Origin: Mobula hypostoma
Taxonomy: Eukaryota
Direction: 5' to 3'
NCBI RefSeq assembly: GCF_963921235.1
Contig: NC_086097.1
Span: 183,150,001-183,214,000 of the forward strand
DNA: 64,000 nucleotides
The translations under genes and the position numbers were made by a program. The notes beneath the pieces were generated by a model. The model worked only from the letters and a program-made list of their open reading frames with translations. It was not told the DNA's origin and ran no database searches. This document shows, one piece after another, positions 39,013-52,788 of this stretch. Within the stretch, counting starts at the first letter, position 1; every line of letters starts with the position of its first letter.

Positions 39013-39480
39013 GAGCCCTATATCTTAAAAAAGGATGTGCTGGCATTGGAGAGGGTCCAGATGAGGATTTTGGGAATGAAATGGTTAATGCTATAACTTG
39101 CTGGAGTTTTGAAGAGTGAGGGGAGGATCTCATTGAAACCTGTTGAATATTGAAAGGTTAAGATAGAGTAGATGTGGACAGGATGTTTTGGTAGTCTTGG
39201 ACCAAAGGGCACAGACTCAGAATTGAGAGATATCCATTTAGAATAGAGGTGAGGAGTAATTTCTTTAGCTAGATGGTGGTGAACCTATGGAATTCATGGC
39301 TGTGGAGACCAAGTCATTGAGGTTGATAGGTTCTTGATTAGATAGGACATCAAATGTTATGGGATGAAGTCTGAGAATGGGGATGAGAAGGATAATAAAT
39401 CAGTCATTGTGGAATGACAGTGAAGACTTGATGAGCCAAATGACCTAATTCTGCTCCTATGTCTCAATGGCCTTATGGAA
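39013..39480 (+). mobile_element. Older CR1 3' fragment
   Basis: GTGGTGAACCTATGGAATTC and CR1 3' UTR ending CTAATTCTGCTCCTATGTCT. Confidence 0.7.
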
Positions 39481-39719
39481 AGAAGATTATCACAGAAATT
39501 GTGGAAGGCATCAAGTTACTGCCAGCAACTTTGCATTTAGTTGTATTTGAATTTCCTTGGATTTGCTTTCAGTTCCCAGAAATATGATAAAAAAAGGAAA
39601 TCATTTCAGAATCTTGATGCAATCCAGGTTATTTTGTTTCTGACATTTCTTAATGCAGTTTGTGTAGCTGGTGAACAGTTTAATTTGTAAGCTGCTTGTT
39701 GGAAACAAATATCTGTGTT

Positions 39720-42303
39720 CAAAATACATACTACAGAGTCTCTGTGGGTGGAAGTTAGGAACAGGAAGGGGTCAATAACTCTACTGGGTGTTTATTATAG
39801 ACTACCCAATAGTAACAAGGACATTGAGGAGCAGATAGGGAGACAGATTCTGCAAAGATGTAATAATAACAGGGTTGTCGTGTGGAAGATTTTAATTCCT
39901 CAAATATCAATTGGCGTGTCCCTAGAACGAGGGGTTTAGATGGGGTGGAATTTGTTAGGTATGTTCAGGAAGGTTTCGTGACACAATATGTAGATAAACC
40001 TACAAGAGGAGAGACTGTACTTGATCTGGTATTGGGAAATAAACCTGGTCATGTGTCAGATCTCTCAGTAGGAAAGCATTTTGGAGATAGTGATCACAAT
40101 TCTATTTCCTTTAACATAGCATTGGAGAGGGATAGGACCAGACAAGTTAGGAAAGCATTTAATTGGAGTAAGGGGAAATATGAGGCTAGCAGGCAGGAAC
40201 TTGGAAGCATAAATTGGGAACAGATGTTCTCAGGGAAATGTACGGAAGAAATGTGGCAAATGTTCAGTGGATATTTGCGTGGAGTTCTGCATAGTTTCGT
40301 TCCAATGAGACAGGGAAAGGATGGTAGAGTACAGGAACCATGGTGCACAAAGGCTGTTGTAAATCTAGTCTAGAAAAGAAGAGCTTATGAAAGGTTCAAA
40401 AAACTAGGTAATGATAGAGCTCTAGAAGATTATAAGGTTAGCAGGAAGGAGCTTAAGAAAGAAATTAGGAGAGCCAGAAAGGGCCATGAGAAGGCCTTGG
40501 CGGACAGGATTAAGGAAAACCCCAAGGCATTCTACAAATATGTGAAGAGCAAGAGGATAAGACATGAGAGAATAAGACCTGTCAAGTGTGACAGTGGAAA
40601 AGTGTGTATGGAACCAGAGGAGATAGCAGAGGTACTTATTGAGTACTTTGCTTCAGTATTCACTACGGAAAAGGATCTTGGTGATTGTAGGGATGACTTA
40701 TAGCCGACTGAAAAGCTTGAGCATGTAGATACTAAGAAAGAGGATGTGCTGGAACTTTTGGAAACCATCAAGTTGGATAAGACTCCGGGACCGGACGAGA
40801 TGTACTCCAGGCTACTGTGGGAGGCATGGGAGAAGATTGCTGAGCCTCTGGTGATGATCTTTGCATCATCAGTGGGGACGGGAGAGGTTCCAGAGGATGG
40901 GAGGGTTGCGGATGTTGTTCCATGATTCAAGAAAGGGAGTAGAGATAGCCCAGGAAATTATAGACCAGTGAGTCTTACATCAGTGGCTGGTAAGTTGATG
41001 GAGAAGATCCTGAGAGGCAGGATTTATGAAAATTTGAAGAGGCATAATATGATTAGGAATAGTCAGCATGGCTTTGTGAAGGCCTGATTGAAATTTTTGA
41101 GGATGTGACTAAACACATTGATGAAGGTAGAGCAGTAGATGTGATGTATATGAATTTCGGCAAGGCATTTGATAAGGTACCCCATATAAGGCTTATTGAG
41201 AAAGTAAGGAGGCATGGGATCCAAGGGAACATTGCTTTGTGGATCCAGAACTGGCTTGCCCACAGAAGGCAAAGAGTGGTTGTAGACGGGTCATATTCTG
41301 CATGGAGGTCAGTGACCAGTGGTGTGCCTCAGGGATCTGTTCTGGGACCCCTTCTCCGTGATATTTATAAATGATCTGGATGAGGAAGTGGAGGGATGGG
41401 TTAGTAAATTTGCTGATGACACAAAGGTTGCAGGTGTTGTGGATGGTGTGGAGGGCTGTCAGAGGTTACAGTGGGACATCGATAGGATGCAAAACTGGGC
41501 TGAGAAGTGGCAGATGGAGTTCAAGCCAGATAAGTGTGAGGTGGCTCATTTTGGTAGGTGAAATATGATGGCGGAATATATTATTAATGGTAAGACTCTT
41601 GGCAGTGTGGAGGATCAGAGGGATCTTGGGCTCCGAATCCAGAGGACACTCAAAGCTGCTGCGCAGGTTGACTCTGTGGTTAAGAAGGCAAATGGTGTAT
41701 TGGTCTTCATCAACCAAGGGATTGAATTTAGAAGCTGAGAGGTAATGTTGCAGCTATATAGGACCCTGGTCAGACCCCACTTGGAGTACTGTGCTCAGTT
41801 CTGGTCACCTCACTACAAGAAGGATGTGGAAACCATAGAAAGGGTGCAAAGGATGTTGCTTGGCTTGGGAAGCATGCCTTATGAGAACAGGTTGCGTGAA
41901 CTCAGCCTTTTCTCCTTAGAGCGATTGAGGATGAGAGGTGACCAGATAGCGGTGTACAAGAAATTGAGAAGAATTGATTGTGTGGATAGGCAGAGGCTTT
42001 TTCCCAGGGCTGAAATAGCTAGCATGAGAGGGTATAGTTTTATGGTGCTGGGGAGTAGGTACAGAGGAGATGTCAGGGGTAAGTTTTTTACTCAGAGAGT
42101 GGTGAGTGTGTGGAATGGGCTGCCAGTGACGGTGGTGGAAGCGGATACAATAGGGTCTTTTAAGAGACTCCTGGACAGATAAGTGGAGCTTAGAAAAGTA
42201 GATGGCTATGGGTAACCCTAGGTAATTTCTAAGTATGTACATGTTCGGCACAGCTTTGGGGCCGAAGGGCCTGTATTGTGCTGTAGGTTTTCTATGTTTC
42301 TAT
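39720..42303 (+). mobile_element. CR1 LINE ORF2 (EN C-terminal half + RT), 5'-truncated
   Basis: [47 protein letters not shown] tail. Confidence 0.9.
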
Positions 42304-42363
42304 ATAATGTAGCAATGAAAGATGAGGTATTAGAATCTTATTGCAAATACTGCAGAAAATTCA

Positions 42364-42531
<168 letters not shown>

Positions 42532-43496
42532 TTAAGGCTTTTTTAAGTGTCAGCATTATTAGCAGTATAACCTTGATGGACCAGGGATACAACACTATGA
42601 TAACAAATTGCCTAGTACAACAGTATCAAGGGCAAACTAAGCAATGGCTCTTCAGAACATTTAAAACCATCCTGGATGTCACATCTCTGTTAAATTGCAT
42701 GACCAGTCTCATGCAATTGAAATCAATTTCTGCTTTCATATCCTTTCAAATAAAGTGAATTACTTCACATCTTCACCTATTTTATTCCCTCTGCTCTTTT
42801 TCCCCTTCCTTAACCTCTCTCTATGTCACCACGGACACTGTGGCTGCCTCACAATTTACCTTCCCATCTAGCCTTAGCAGAACTTGATAAAGCCTGGCTT
42901 TTCAAGTGGCTTGCAGGCTAAAACTAGCCAACTGAAAATGGTATCTTATTTTCTGACAGTTAACTAAGATCTCAAGCTGAAATTCAGTGATGTTCAATAG
43001 GCCAGAATCAGTCTTGTACATATGTCATGGAGATACAGGAGAAGCAGATGCTGTAAGCTGGAGCAAAATAATAAACTGTTGGAGGAGTATCACCCAGAAG
43101 CATCGATCATCCTTCTGTTTCCATGGCTCCTGACTGACAGTTCCTCCAGCAGGTTATCTTTTACTGTTGGATAAATTGCCTTTGTCTTTTATTTTCTATT
43201 GGCAGCTTTTATGGATGGACAGTCTATAGAATACTGCTCAGATGCTCACTCTGTGTCTTTGGCACCATGGAAAGTATTAATAAGTCTGGGACACAATCCT
43301 CTATATCTACAAATATATAGTGATCTGCTAAAAATTAAAATGTACTAATCAGAATTCTGATTTGATACAAAAAGGATTGGAGGTCAAGGTAAAGTAAATA
43401 TCTTGCGATAACTAATAGAAACATAAAGACTTGACACAGGCCAACAGAATATCTAATTGTCATCTGTAAAATGATCAGAAACAACAGTATGCTTAC

Positions 43497-43601
43497 GTGA
43501 TCAATGAATGATCCAAGAAATCTATTTGTGGTATTATAAGCCTTCATTCTAAGTGCAACAGCATCCTCAGAATTATTCGCTAGGCGGCCAGGTGTTCTGG
43601 T
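43497..43601 (-). CDS. TMEM67: Meckelin coding exon (105 nt): TRTPGRLANNSEDAVALRMKAYNTTNRFLGSFIDH
   Basis: ttttgtag| and |gtaagc boundaries; KAY...N.FLGSFIDH motif; 102-nt intron to the previous exon. Confidence 0.93.
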
Positions 43602-43703
43602 CTACAAAATTGATTTCAAATAAAATCAGAATAGAGCACTTAACTGTTTTCTAAACAACTTGTTTATTGACCATGCCTTATGGTAATAAATTAGTACACA
43701 AAC

Positions 43704-43820
43704 CAAATATAGCGGTTCTTGAATCTTGTCATATTGCTCCCTGAATTTGCTTGTGATGGATATTTGAAATGTCTCAATTTCTGTGTTGGGAACCAAGCCT
43801 CTTTGACCACAAAGATTGTC
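43704..43820 (-). CDS. TMEM67: Meckelin coding exon (117 nt): DNLCGQRGLVPNTEIETFQISITSKFREQYDKIQEPLYL
   Basis: tttatag| and |gtttgt boundaries; NLC.QRGLVPNT motif. Confidence 0.93.
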
Positions 43821-43862
43821 CTATAAAGGAATAATTATTTGTGATCAGAACATGTTCATTTA

Positions 43863-44797
43863 CTTTACTTTATTGTCGCCAAACAATTGATACTAGAGCA
43901 TACAATCATCACAGCGATACTTGATTCTGCACTTCACGCTCCCTGGAGTACAAATCGATAGTAAATATTAAAAATTTAAATTATGAATCATAAATAGAAA
44001 TTAGAAAAGGGAAAGTAAGGTAGTGCAAAAAAACTGAGAGGCAGGTCCAGATATTTGGAGGGTACGGCCCAGATCCGGGTCAGGATCCGTTCAGCAGTCT
44101 TATCACAGTTGGAAAGAAGCTGTTCCCAAATCTGGCCATACGAGTCTTCAAGCTCCTGAGCCATCTCCCGGAGGGAAGAGGGACAAAAAGTGTGTTGGCT
44201 GGGTGGGTCATGTCCTTGATTATCCTGGCAGCATTACTCCGACAGTGTGCAGTGTGAAGTGAGTCCAAGGACGGAAGATTGGCTTGTGTGATGTGCTGGG
44301 CTGTGTTCACGATCTTCTGCAGCTTCTTCCGGTCTTGGACAGGACAACTTCCATATCAGATTGTGATGCACCCCAGAAGAACGCTTTCTACGGTACATCT
44401 ATAAAAATTAGTGAGGGTTTTAGGGGATAGGCCAAATGTCTTTAGCTTTCTCAGGAAATAAAGGCGCTGGTCAGCCTTCTTGGCAGTGGACTCTGCTTGG
44501 TTGGACCAAGTCAGGTCATTTGTGATATTGACCCCGAGGAACTTAAAGCTTTTGACCTGTTCCACTTGCGCACCACCGATGTAAACTGGGTCGTGCAGTC
44601 CGCTACTCCTTCTGAAGTCAACAACCAATTCCTTGGTCTTGCTGACGTTGAGGGATAGGTTATTGTCTTTGCACCATGCCACCAGGTTCTCAATTTCCTC
44701 TCTGTACTCAAACTCATCATTACCCCAGATACGGCCTACAGTTGTGGTGTCATCAGCAAACTTATATATTGAGTTAGATGGAAACTTGGCTACACAA
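43863..44797 (-). mobile_element. Young 5'-truncated Rex1/Babar LINE
   Basis: KFADDTT, WCKDNNLSLNVSKTKE, YFLRKLK, NSFFP; (AGTAA)n tail; candidate TSD TCATTTA at 43856-43862 and 44798-44804. Confidence 0.82.
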
Positions 44798-45505
44798 TCA
44801 TTTATTATACTGATATGTATTCACTTAATTCTTTTTGATTTAAATAATAAGAGAACAAATAAATGAAATAATAAAAATACATGGCCTTGAGATTTTTAAG
44901 AAAACATAAAAGAGAAGTCTTTTCAGACAGTAATCTACTAATAGAATATTACCTTTTGCCTGAATGCATTGGTAGATTATTGAATTGAACTCATAATTTA
45001 TTGGATTCATAATCAGTAGGTGTAGCTCCCACCGAAGTGGATATAGAAAACTAGTCATGGAAGGAATTTATTTGTTTTCGCTAAAATGATGCATTGTAGG
45101 AACAGAAATGCTCAAAATTAGTAAATTATTAATTTATAAAATATTGAAGAAATGGTACCTAAAAAGTAATATTACCATAAGCACTCACATGCAAAATTTC
45201 TCAGTTTGAAGTTGTATGCTGTTCAATTTATAATTATAATAACACAGGTACAATATAATGGATAGTTTTTGATGGGTTTAAAGGAAAGCAGTAAAGTATA
45301 TTATGAGAGCAGAAATATTTTCAAACATGCATCTTTAATCATTATGAATCCCATAAAATAGATATGTCTGAATCCTCACATAGACTAGAAAATATAATGT
45401 AAAGTGGGTTTATCTCTACGTAGGTAATTGAAATAAACTGCACCATGAATGTTGTGACATTAGAAAGAAAAACAGAAAATTCTAAAAGGCCAATGAAAGA
45501 GAAGT

Positions 45506-46400
45506 TAAAAACGCAAACACGAGGAAATCTGCAGACGCTGGAAATTCAAGCAACATACATCAATGTTGCTGGTGAACGCAGCAGGCTAGGCAGCATCTCT
45601 AGGAAGAGGTACAGTCGACATTTCGGGCCGAGACCCTTTGTCAGGACTAACTGAAAGAAGAGCTAGTAGGAGATTTGAAAGTGGGAGGGGAGGGGGAGAT
45701 CCAAAATGATAGGAGAAGACAGGAGTGGGAGGGATGGAGCCAAGAGATGGACAGTTGATTGGCAAAAGGGATATGAGAGGATCATGGGACAGGAGGCCCA
45801 GGGAGAAAGAAAAGGGGGAGGGTGGGGAAAACCCAGAGGATGGGCAAGGGGCATAGTGAGAGGGACAGAGGGAGAATAAATAACAGATGGGGTACAAGGG
45901 GGAGGTGGGGCATTAGCAGAAGTTTGAGAAGTCAATGTTCATGCCATCAGGTTGGAGGCTACCCAGACGGAATATATGGTGTTGTTCCTCCAACCTGAGT
46001 GTGGCTTCATCTTCACAGTAGAGGTACCCCATCCATTATTTATTTATATACACACATTCTTTTTCTCTCTCTCTCCTTTTTCTCCCTCTGTCCCTCTCAC
46101 TATACCCCTTGCCCAGCCCATCCTCTGGGTTTTCTCCCCCTCCCCCTTTTCTTTCTCCCTGGGCCTCCTGTCCCATGATCCTCTCATATCACTTTTGCCA
46201 ATCAACTGTCCAGCTCTTGGCTCCATCCCTCCCCCTCCTGTCTTCTCCTATCATTTTGGATCTCCCCCTCCCCCTCCAACTTTCAAATCTCTTACTCACT
46301 CTTCCTTCAGTTAGTCCTGACGAAGGGTCTCGGCCTGAAACGTCGACTGCACCTCTTCCTAGAGATACTGCCTGGCCTGCTGCGTTCACCAGCAACTTTG
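45506..46400 (-). mobile_element. 5'-truncated Penelope-like element with inverted pseudo-LTRs
   Basis: 13-bp TSD ATGAAAGAGAAGT at 45493-45505 and 46401-46413. Inverted arms ~45560-45895 and ~46024-46400. The spacer encodes the GIY-YIG C-terminus LYCEDEATLRLEEQHHIFRLGSLQPDGMNIDFSNFC* on the minus strand. Confidence 0.85.
46313..46348 (+). ncRNA. Minimal type I hammerhead ribozyme, intact core
   Basis: AGTC-CTGACGA-AGGGTCTCGGCCT-GAA-ACGT-C-GACT within a Penelope pLTR. Confidence 0.75.
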
Positions 46401-46873
46401 ATGAAAGAGAAGTGGTAGTTTAACATTACAGGAACAAACATCTGTGGACTCATTTGTCCAGATCTTGGTGACCTGACCCGTCTGCCAGAATCATTGTTCT
46501 GGTACCCACTCCTCATGCCTGTGGCTACCAAGCCTGTAAACGAAAGCCTTTGTGGCTTTGATTTCTCTCAAAGGCAAAACTGACTAGGATGTTGATCTGA
46601 GAAGTTACTGCTTCTTCGATGCTCTTTAAGTGTTTGCAAAGCTGTCTTTGCTGTCCACGAAACCTATAATTAATAATTTCAAGTATCTTTCACATTTAGA
46701 GGACTTGATAGAAAATTTCTTTGTATCATTCTGGGGATGGCAGCAAGTCTAGGATTATTCCTGTAAGGACATTAACAATTCCACATTTCACAGTTCAAAC
46801 ACATTGTTTACTTTCACTATTCTTTACTTTTATTTTGGTTGATAACTTTATGTAGATTTGTATAAAAATATTA

Positions 46874-47305
<432 letters not shown>

Positions 47306-47384
47306 CTCTTTTTATTTTGTGAAAGCAATTACAAAATATGTGGAAACATTTTTTTGTAAAGATGTCAAATTTTACAGTACTCAC

Positions 47385-47465
47385 ATTGCTGACTGAGCAG
47401 ACATCAATAAACTGACTTATTCTATCTTCCACAAATCGTTCATAAAAACTTGTGCAGAAAATTAT
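47385..47465 (-). CDS. TMEM67: Meckelin coding exon (81 nt): IIFCTSFYERFVEDRISQFIDVCSVSN
   Basis: tttgtag| and |gtgagt boundaries; meckelin motif FYERF.ED.I.QF.D.CS.SN. Confidence 0.93.
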
Positions 47466-48028
47466 CTACAAACAAAATGTAATTACTTAACTATTTCAAA
47501 ATGATTACTCTTCATTTACACATATAAAACTGGCCTACTTACAAAGTTATATACATACTAAATATGAACACACCAAACTAACAGAAATGTCAGTAATTCT
47601 TAGACTAAACACAGAATTTCACACTTGAGCATGCAAAGTGCTATAACTATCTTTAATATAATTAATTTTATTGATTTTTAACCAATTGATTTAAATAATA
47701 TGGGGAACACTCAAAACATTTACTGAGTCTGGAAGAACTAAGCTCCATTGAAAGGAATCAATGACCTTTATTAAAAGTTAGGAGGAATGGGAATTAAAAT
47801 TACCTGTGTTCTTACAGTCCTATACCTGACCATTAATAATTCCTATAGGAACATTAATAATTCTTTCACAATTTCACAGGAATATCATTAATATCAAAAC
47901 TTTACTACAGTATTAGTTATTGGTGAACACTTTTCCTGACTGTAGAATGGAAGAATAAGAATTATGAAAATTAATTTTGGCCCTGGTGACTGTTTCATGA
48001 CTGTGTATCTTTCCATTTACACATTTAC

Positions 48029-48169
48029 CTGAATAAGACTGACAGACAGCCAAACAGTTGTAGCTACACCATATCTCAGAATACGGCTGGACGGTGTAAC
48101 ACTGCTTTCAGAAATGTTATTCATTTTAGTATAAGGATCCATTGTAGCTAGATTTGCAAAGCCAACAAC
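48029..48169 (-). CDS. TMEM67: Meckelin coding exon (141 nt, phase 0/0): VVGFANLATMDPYTKMNNISESSVTPSSRILRYGVATTVWLSVSLIQ
   Basis: ctttag| acceptor, |gtaaat donor; peptide matches the meckelin region VVGF.NLA.MD...ILRY. Not in the ORF track. Confidence 0.9.
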
Positions 48170-49919
48170 CTAAAGAGAACAAAAGAAAGTCAATTTACTT
48201 TCAGCTTGTGATAGATTAAAAGTGTTACTAATTGAATTATAAATTCTGTTTTTTATTTATTTAGTGATACAGCACAGCAAATGGCCCTTCTGGCCGAATG
48301 AGCCTATTCCAACCATTACATCTGTGTGACCAATTAACCTATTAGCCTATACGTCTTTGGAATGTGAGAGGAACTCCGAGCATCTGGAGAATGTACAAAT
48401 TCCTTGCAGGCAGTGGCGGGAATTGAACCCATGTCTTTACGCTAACTGCTAAGCTACCATGCTGCCCTGGTACAATAAATCTGATTATAAAATCAGATTT
48501 GGAACAATAGAAACTTTAAATTGCATCATGTTACATTGCAAATCCTAGATACTAAAATTGCAACAAAGGGGTTTATCATTAAATCAGCACAATAGAGTGT
48601 TTGTTTCAAGTTACACGTTTTCCTGCCTTGGAAAATTCCGTGTAGGCTTTCTAGTGCAGATGTATAAGCATGTTTCCTAAGCATCAAGCATAAATAATGA
48701 CTGGCAGTGGTGTAAATAATGTTGATATTTTCAACTGAGTACAGTTCTGCCTTAGAGCAGTAGCTGGGTTAAGAAAGTGATTTCTTGACTTGGTGATCTA
48801 TTCATGTGAAGGTAGTAATGTCAATCCTTTTATCTTGATCCACCACTGCAAAGCTCCTTTTGATTCATTTTCATTATATTTTCGGAAGTAAAACAGATAA
48901 TACTGGAAATACTCATTAAGCAAGGCAGCTGATAATTTGAGTATTTCCAATGTTTTTTAAAAATTTATTGCAGATTTTGTTGCTGCTTGGTGAAACATTT
49001 TGAGATTTATTCCTTTATTAAGTTATTGCATTAAACCAGAATATTGTTGTTATTAGCAATACCAGCCAGAGTGAAAACAAATGCCTTTAATTTTTGATCA
49101 CCACTGTTAGTTCTCAGCCAGTGCCCATCCTGCAATTAATTTTAGGCACTTTAGGTTAAACGAAGAGAAACTAATGTTCTGCTTCCCATTGCTTTCTAGA
49201 GACATTTCCTGGAGAAGGCATTTGCTGTTGTATTAGGATAAGGTCAATCTTTACCGCTATGCCATCAGAATGAAAAGGTAGCCGCTGTTAAATTATGTAG
49301 GTTCAGGAATGAATAATGACCACTCACAAAAAGTTGATATCTTTGGAGTTGTATGCTGTAAGAATAAGTGGTGCTGATATTCAGTTCTAAGCAACTAATT
49401 GTGTATGGTTAAATTTTGCCAACAACATGATAGATGCATAACATGAATTTCTGGAATACATTATACACATGTAGATTTTCACTGGTAAATGTGGACTTTA
49501 GATAAGTCTACATTAAAAACTCTCAAGTTAAGGAGTGCCATATGGTGAAAGAAGCATAAATTAATTAGAAAATATTTAAAAGAGTACTCTACAAGACTTC
49601 TGTCTCCAAAATATTTGGCTGAACCATTAAGTTGCTGAATGATCTATGTGCTCTTTTGTTCTATGTGCCTTTAATTGGGATCCCTCACCCAAAGCACGTC
49701 CAAAGTTTAGACATATTGTCCAGGAATTTTAGGTAATTTAAATTTTACTACATAAAACAAGGCTGTTTGTTGCGTTACATCTATGCCCCAAGTCTCCTAA
49801 ATACTTGTAATATTTTTTTCTCATTTTTCTTTTTAAGATTCAATAGCTTGTGATAGATCATTTATTGCCCTTAAGGCTTTCTAAAGGCATCACAATAAAA
49901 AATCTGTTATTTATCTATT

Positions 49920-50178
49920 TATTTGAGATACAGCATGGAATAGATTCTTCTGGCCCTTCAAGTTGTGCCACCCAGCAATCCTCGATTTAACTCTAGCCTA
50001 ATCACAGGACAATTTACGATGACAATGAACCTCCTGTTACACCTTTGGACTGTGGGAGGAAACCAGAGCACCTGGAGAAAACCCATACATTCCATGGGTG
50101 GATGTACAGGCTCCTTACAGAACTCTGAACTCTAGTGCCCTGAGCTGTATTAGTGATGTGCCAACTACGCTACCACTT
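49920..50178 (-). mobile_element. V-domain SINE (HE1-like)
   Basis: tRNA-like head followed by the V-SINE core GGGTTTTCTCCAGGTGCTCTGGTTTCCTCCCACAGTCCAAAG and a CR1-like tail. Related decayed copies at ~48260-48465 (-), ~56780-56913 (+) and ~15290-15450 (-). Confidence 0.7.
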
Positions 50179-50804
50179 CTCCTTTTGTTTTTCGACTGAT
50201 CAGCAATAAATTCTTGCTTTATCATATCAATTCATTAACCATTTCCCCCTAATTTACTACCTTAAAATCTCTCATTGTTTTAAATTTTTCTGTTGGGTCA
50301 ACAGTTTTTCTTCTTTATTTCAATGAAAGTTCTCAGTTTTCTCTCGCCTACTTTAATATCTGAAATAAATGAAGCATTGTCTGTTCCTACACTGTTCCAT
50401 GAAGGATTCCCATGAATTTTGCTATCAATATCCTACAATTGCTGTAAAAAAGTGATGAAATATCGGAATTAATTCTTTGCAGAGGTACTAAGCTATTCCT
50501 GATTTTAGCACCGTCCATTGGACCATCTGAATTACACAGACTTCAGGCTGCAGGCCCAAATCTGATGTAACACAAAAGTCAAGGTATTTGGTAATGCATG
50601 TAAAGGTACAGTGTAAGGTGTACATGTGGTGACATGAACTGAGTTTGCGATGTGGTTTGGTGAAGGTGGTTTTGAATTGCTGTGCCCAGATTTCAATCCA
50701 AAATTCTTGAAACAGAGCTAAATCTGTATTGTTAATTCATATTGCAGAAGTTGTTAGCCCTTCATGGAAATCTGCTATTCATTGATTATAAAATACTTCA
50801 GTAT

Positions 50805-51530
50805 GTTAGTAATTTGGATGATAGAATTGATGGCTTTGTGGCCAAGTTTGCAGATGTTACGGAGGTAGGTGGAGAAGCAGGTAGTGTTGAGGAAGCAGGG
50901 TGTCTGCAAAAGACAGATTAGGAGAATGGGGAAAGAAGTGGCAGACGGAATATAGTGTCGGGAAGTGTATGGTCATGCACTTCGGTACAAGAAATAAAGG
51001 CATAGACTATTTTCTGAATGTACAGAAAATGCAAAAAACAGAGGTGCAAAGGAACTTGGGAATCCTTGTGTAGGATTTCCTAAAGGTAACTTGCAGGTTG
51101 AGTCAGTCGTAAGGAAGGCAAATGCAATGTTAGCATTCATTTTGAGATAACTAGAATATAAAAGCAAGGATGTAATGCTAAGTCTTTATAAGGCATTGGT
51201 CAGACCATACTTGAAGTTTTGGCCCCTTTATCAAAGAAAAGATGTGCTGGTATTGGAGAGGGTCCAGAGGATGTTCACAAGAATGATTCCAGGAATGAAG
51301 GGTTAAAGTATGAGGAATGTTTGAAGACACTGCACCTGTACTCACTGGAGATTCAAAGAATGAGGAGGGATCTCATTGGAACCTATCAAACATTGAAAGG
51401 CCAAGATAGAGTGGATGTGTGTAGGATGTTTCCTATAGTGGGGGAGTTTAGGAGCAAAGGGCACAGTCTCAGACTAGAGGGACATCCTATTAGAACAAAG
51501 GGGTGAGAAGGAATTTCTTTAGCTAGAGGG
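50805..51530 (+). mobile_element. CR1 3' fragment; continues at ~56133-56370 beyond the nested Rex1/RTE
   Basis: Breaks at TTCTTTAGCTAGAGGG and resumes at GTGAATCTGTGG. Confidence 0.75.
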
Positions 51531-52788
51531 TTATCACAACAGGTCAACAGCAGATGCCATTTTATTGGCTCTTCACTGAATCTTGGAACATCTAGACATC
51601 GAAGGTGCATACATCAGGATGTTCTTCATTGACTACAGCTCAGCATTCAATAATATCCTTCCCTCAAAACTAATCAATAAGCTTCAAGTCTGGCCTGAAT
51701 ACCTTGTGCAACTGGATCATCGATTTCCTCACTTGCAGACCCTAGTCAGTTCGGATTGGCAACAACATCTCCTCCACGATCTCCATCAACAGAGATGCAT
51801 CACAAGGATGTGTGCTTAGACCCTGCTCTACTCACTTATGACTGTGAGGCTAAGCACAGCTCCAATGCCATATTTAAATCTATGACAGCACCCACTGTCA
51901 TAGGTCAAATCAAAGATGGTGACGAATCAGCGTATAGGAGGGAGATTGAAAATCTGGCTGAGTGCTGCCACAACACCTCTCACTCAATATGAACAAGAGC
52001 AAGGAGATGATTATTGACTTCCGGAGAAGCATCAGAAACTGTAAGTTGCTCACTGTTATCATTTCAGAGAATTGTACTGGACCCAGCACTTAAGTGTCAT
52101 TAGGAAGGAAGCATGGCAGTGCCTTTAATTTCTTAGAAGTTTGAGAAGATTTGGCATGTCATCTGAAACTTTTACAAACTTATTTAGCTTTGTGGTGAGA
52201 GTATATTGACTTGTTGCATCATGACCAATGCTCTTGTACAGAAAAGCCTACAAAAAGTAGTCAATATGGCCCAGTCCATCATGGGTAAAGCCCTTCTCAC
52301 CATTGAACATATCTTCATGGAACGCTGTTGCAGGAAAGCAGCATCCATCATGAAGGACCCCCATGATCTAGGCCATGCTCTCTTCTCATTGCTGCCATCA
52401 GGACGAAGATACAGGAGCCTCAGGACAGGTTCAGGAACAGTTATTACCCCTCAACCATCAAGCTTGAGAACCAGAGAGGATAACTTCTCTCAACTTCACT
52501 TGTCCCATCAGTGAACTGTTCCCACAACTTATAGTCTCATTTTCAAGGACTCTTCATCTCATGTTCTCGATATATCTTGCTTATTTATTTATTTTTATTA
52601 TTATTATTATTTCTTTTTATTTCTCTTTCTTCTTGTATTTGGACAATTTGTTGTTTTTTTGTATATTGGTTGTTGTCTGTTCTGTTGGGTGTGATCTTTC
52701 ATTGATTCCATTGTGTTTCTTGTATTTACTGTGATTGTCTACAAGAAAATTAATCTCAGGGTTCTATATGGCATATATGTAATTTGAT
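51531..52788 (+). mobile_element. Rex1/Babar LINE 3' part; tail resumes at ~56112-56132 after the RTE insertion
   Basis: [22 protein letters not shown] and FSLLPSGRRYRSL motifs. Confidence 0.8.

Noticed and set aside
44840..45058. ORF and exon-like AG...GT segment in a TMEM67 intron
   Set aside because: No meckelin similarity; the exons on either side already join in frame.
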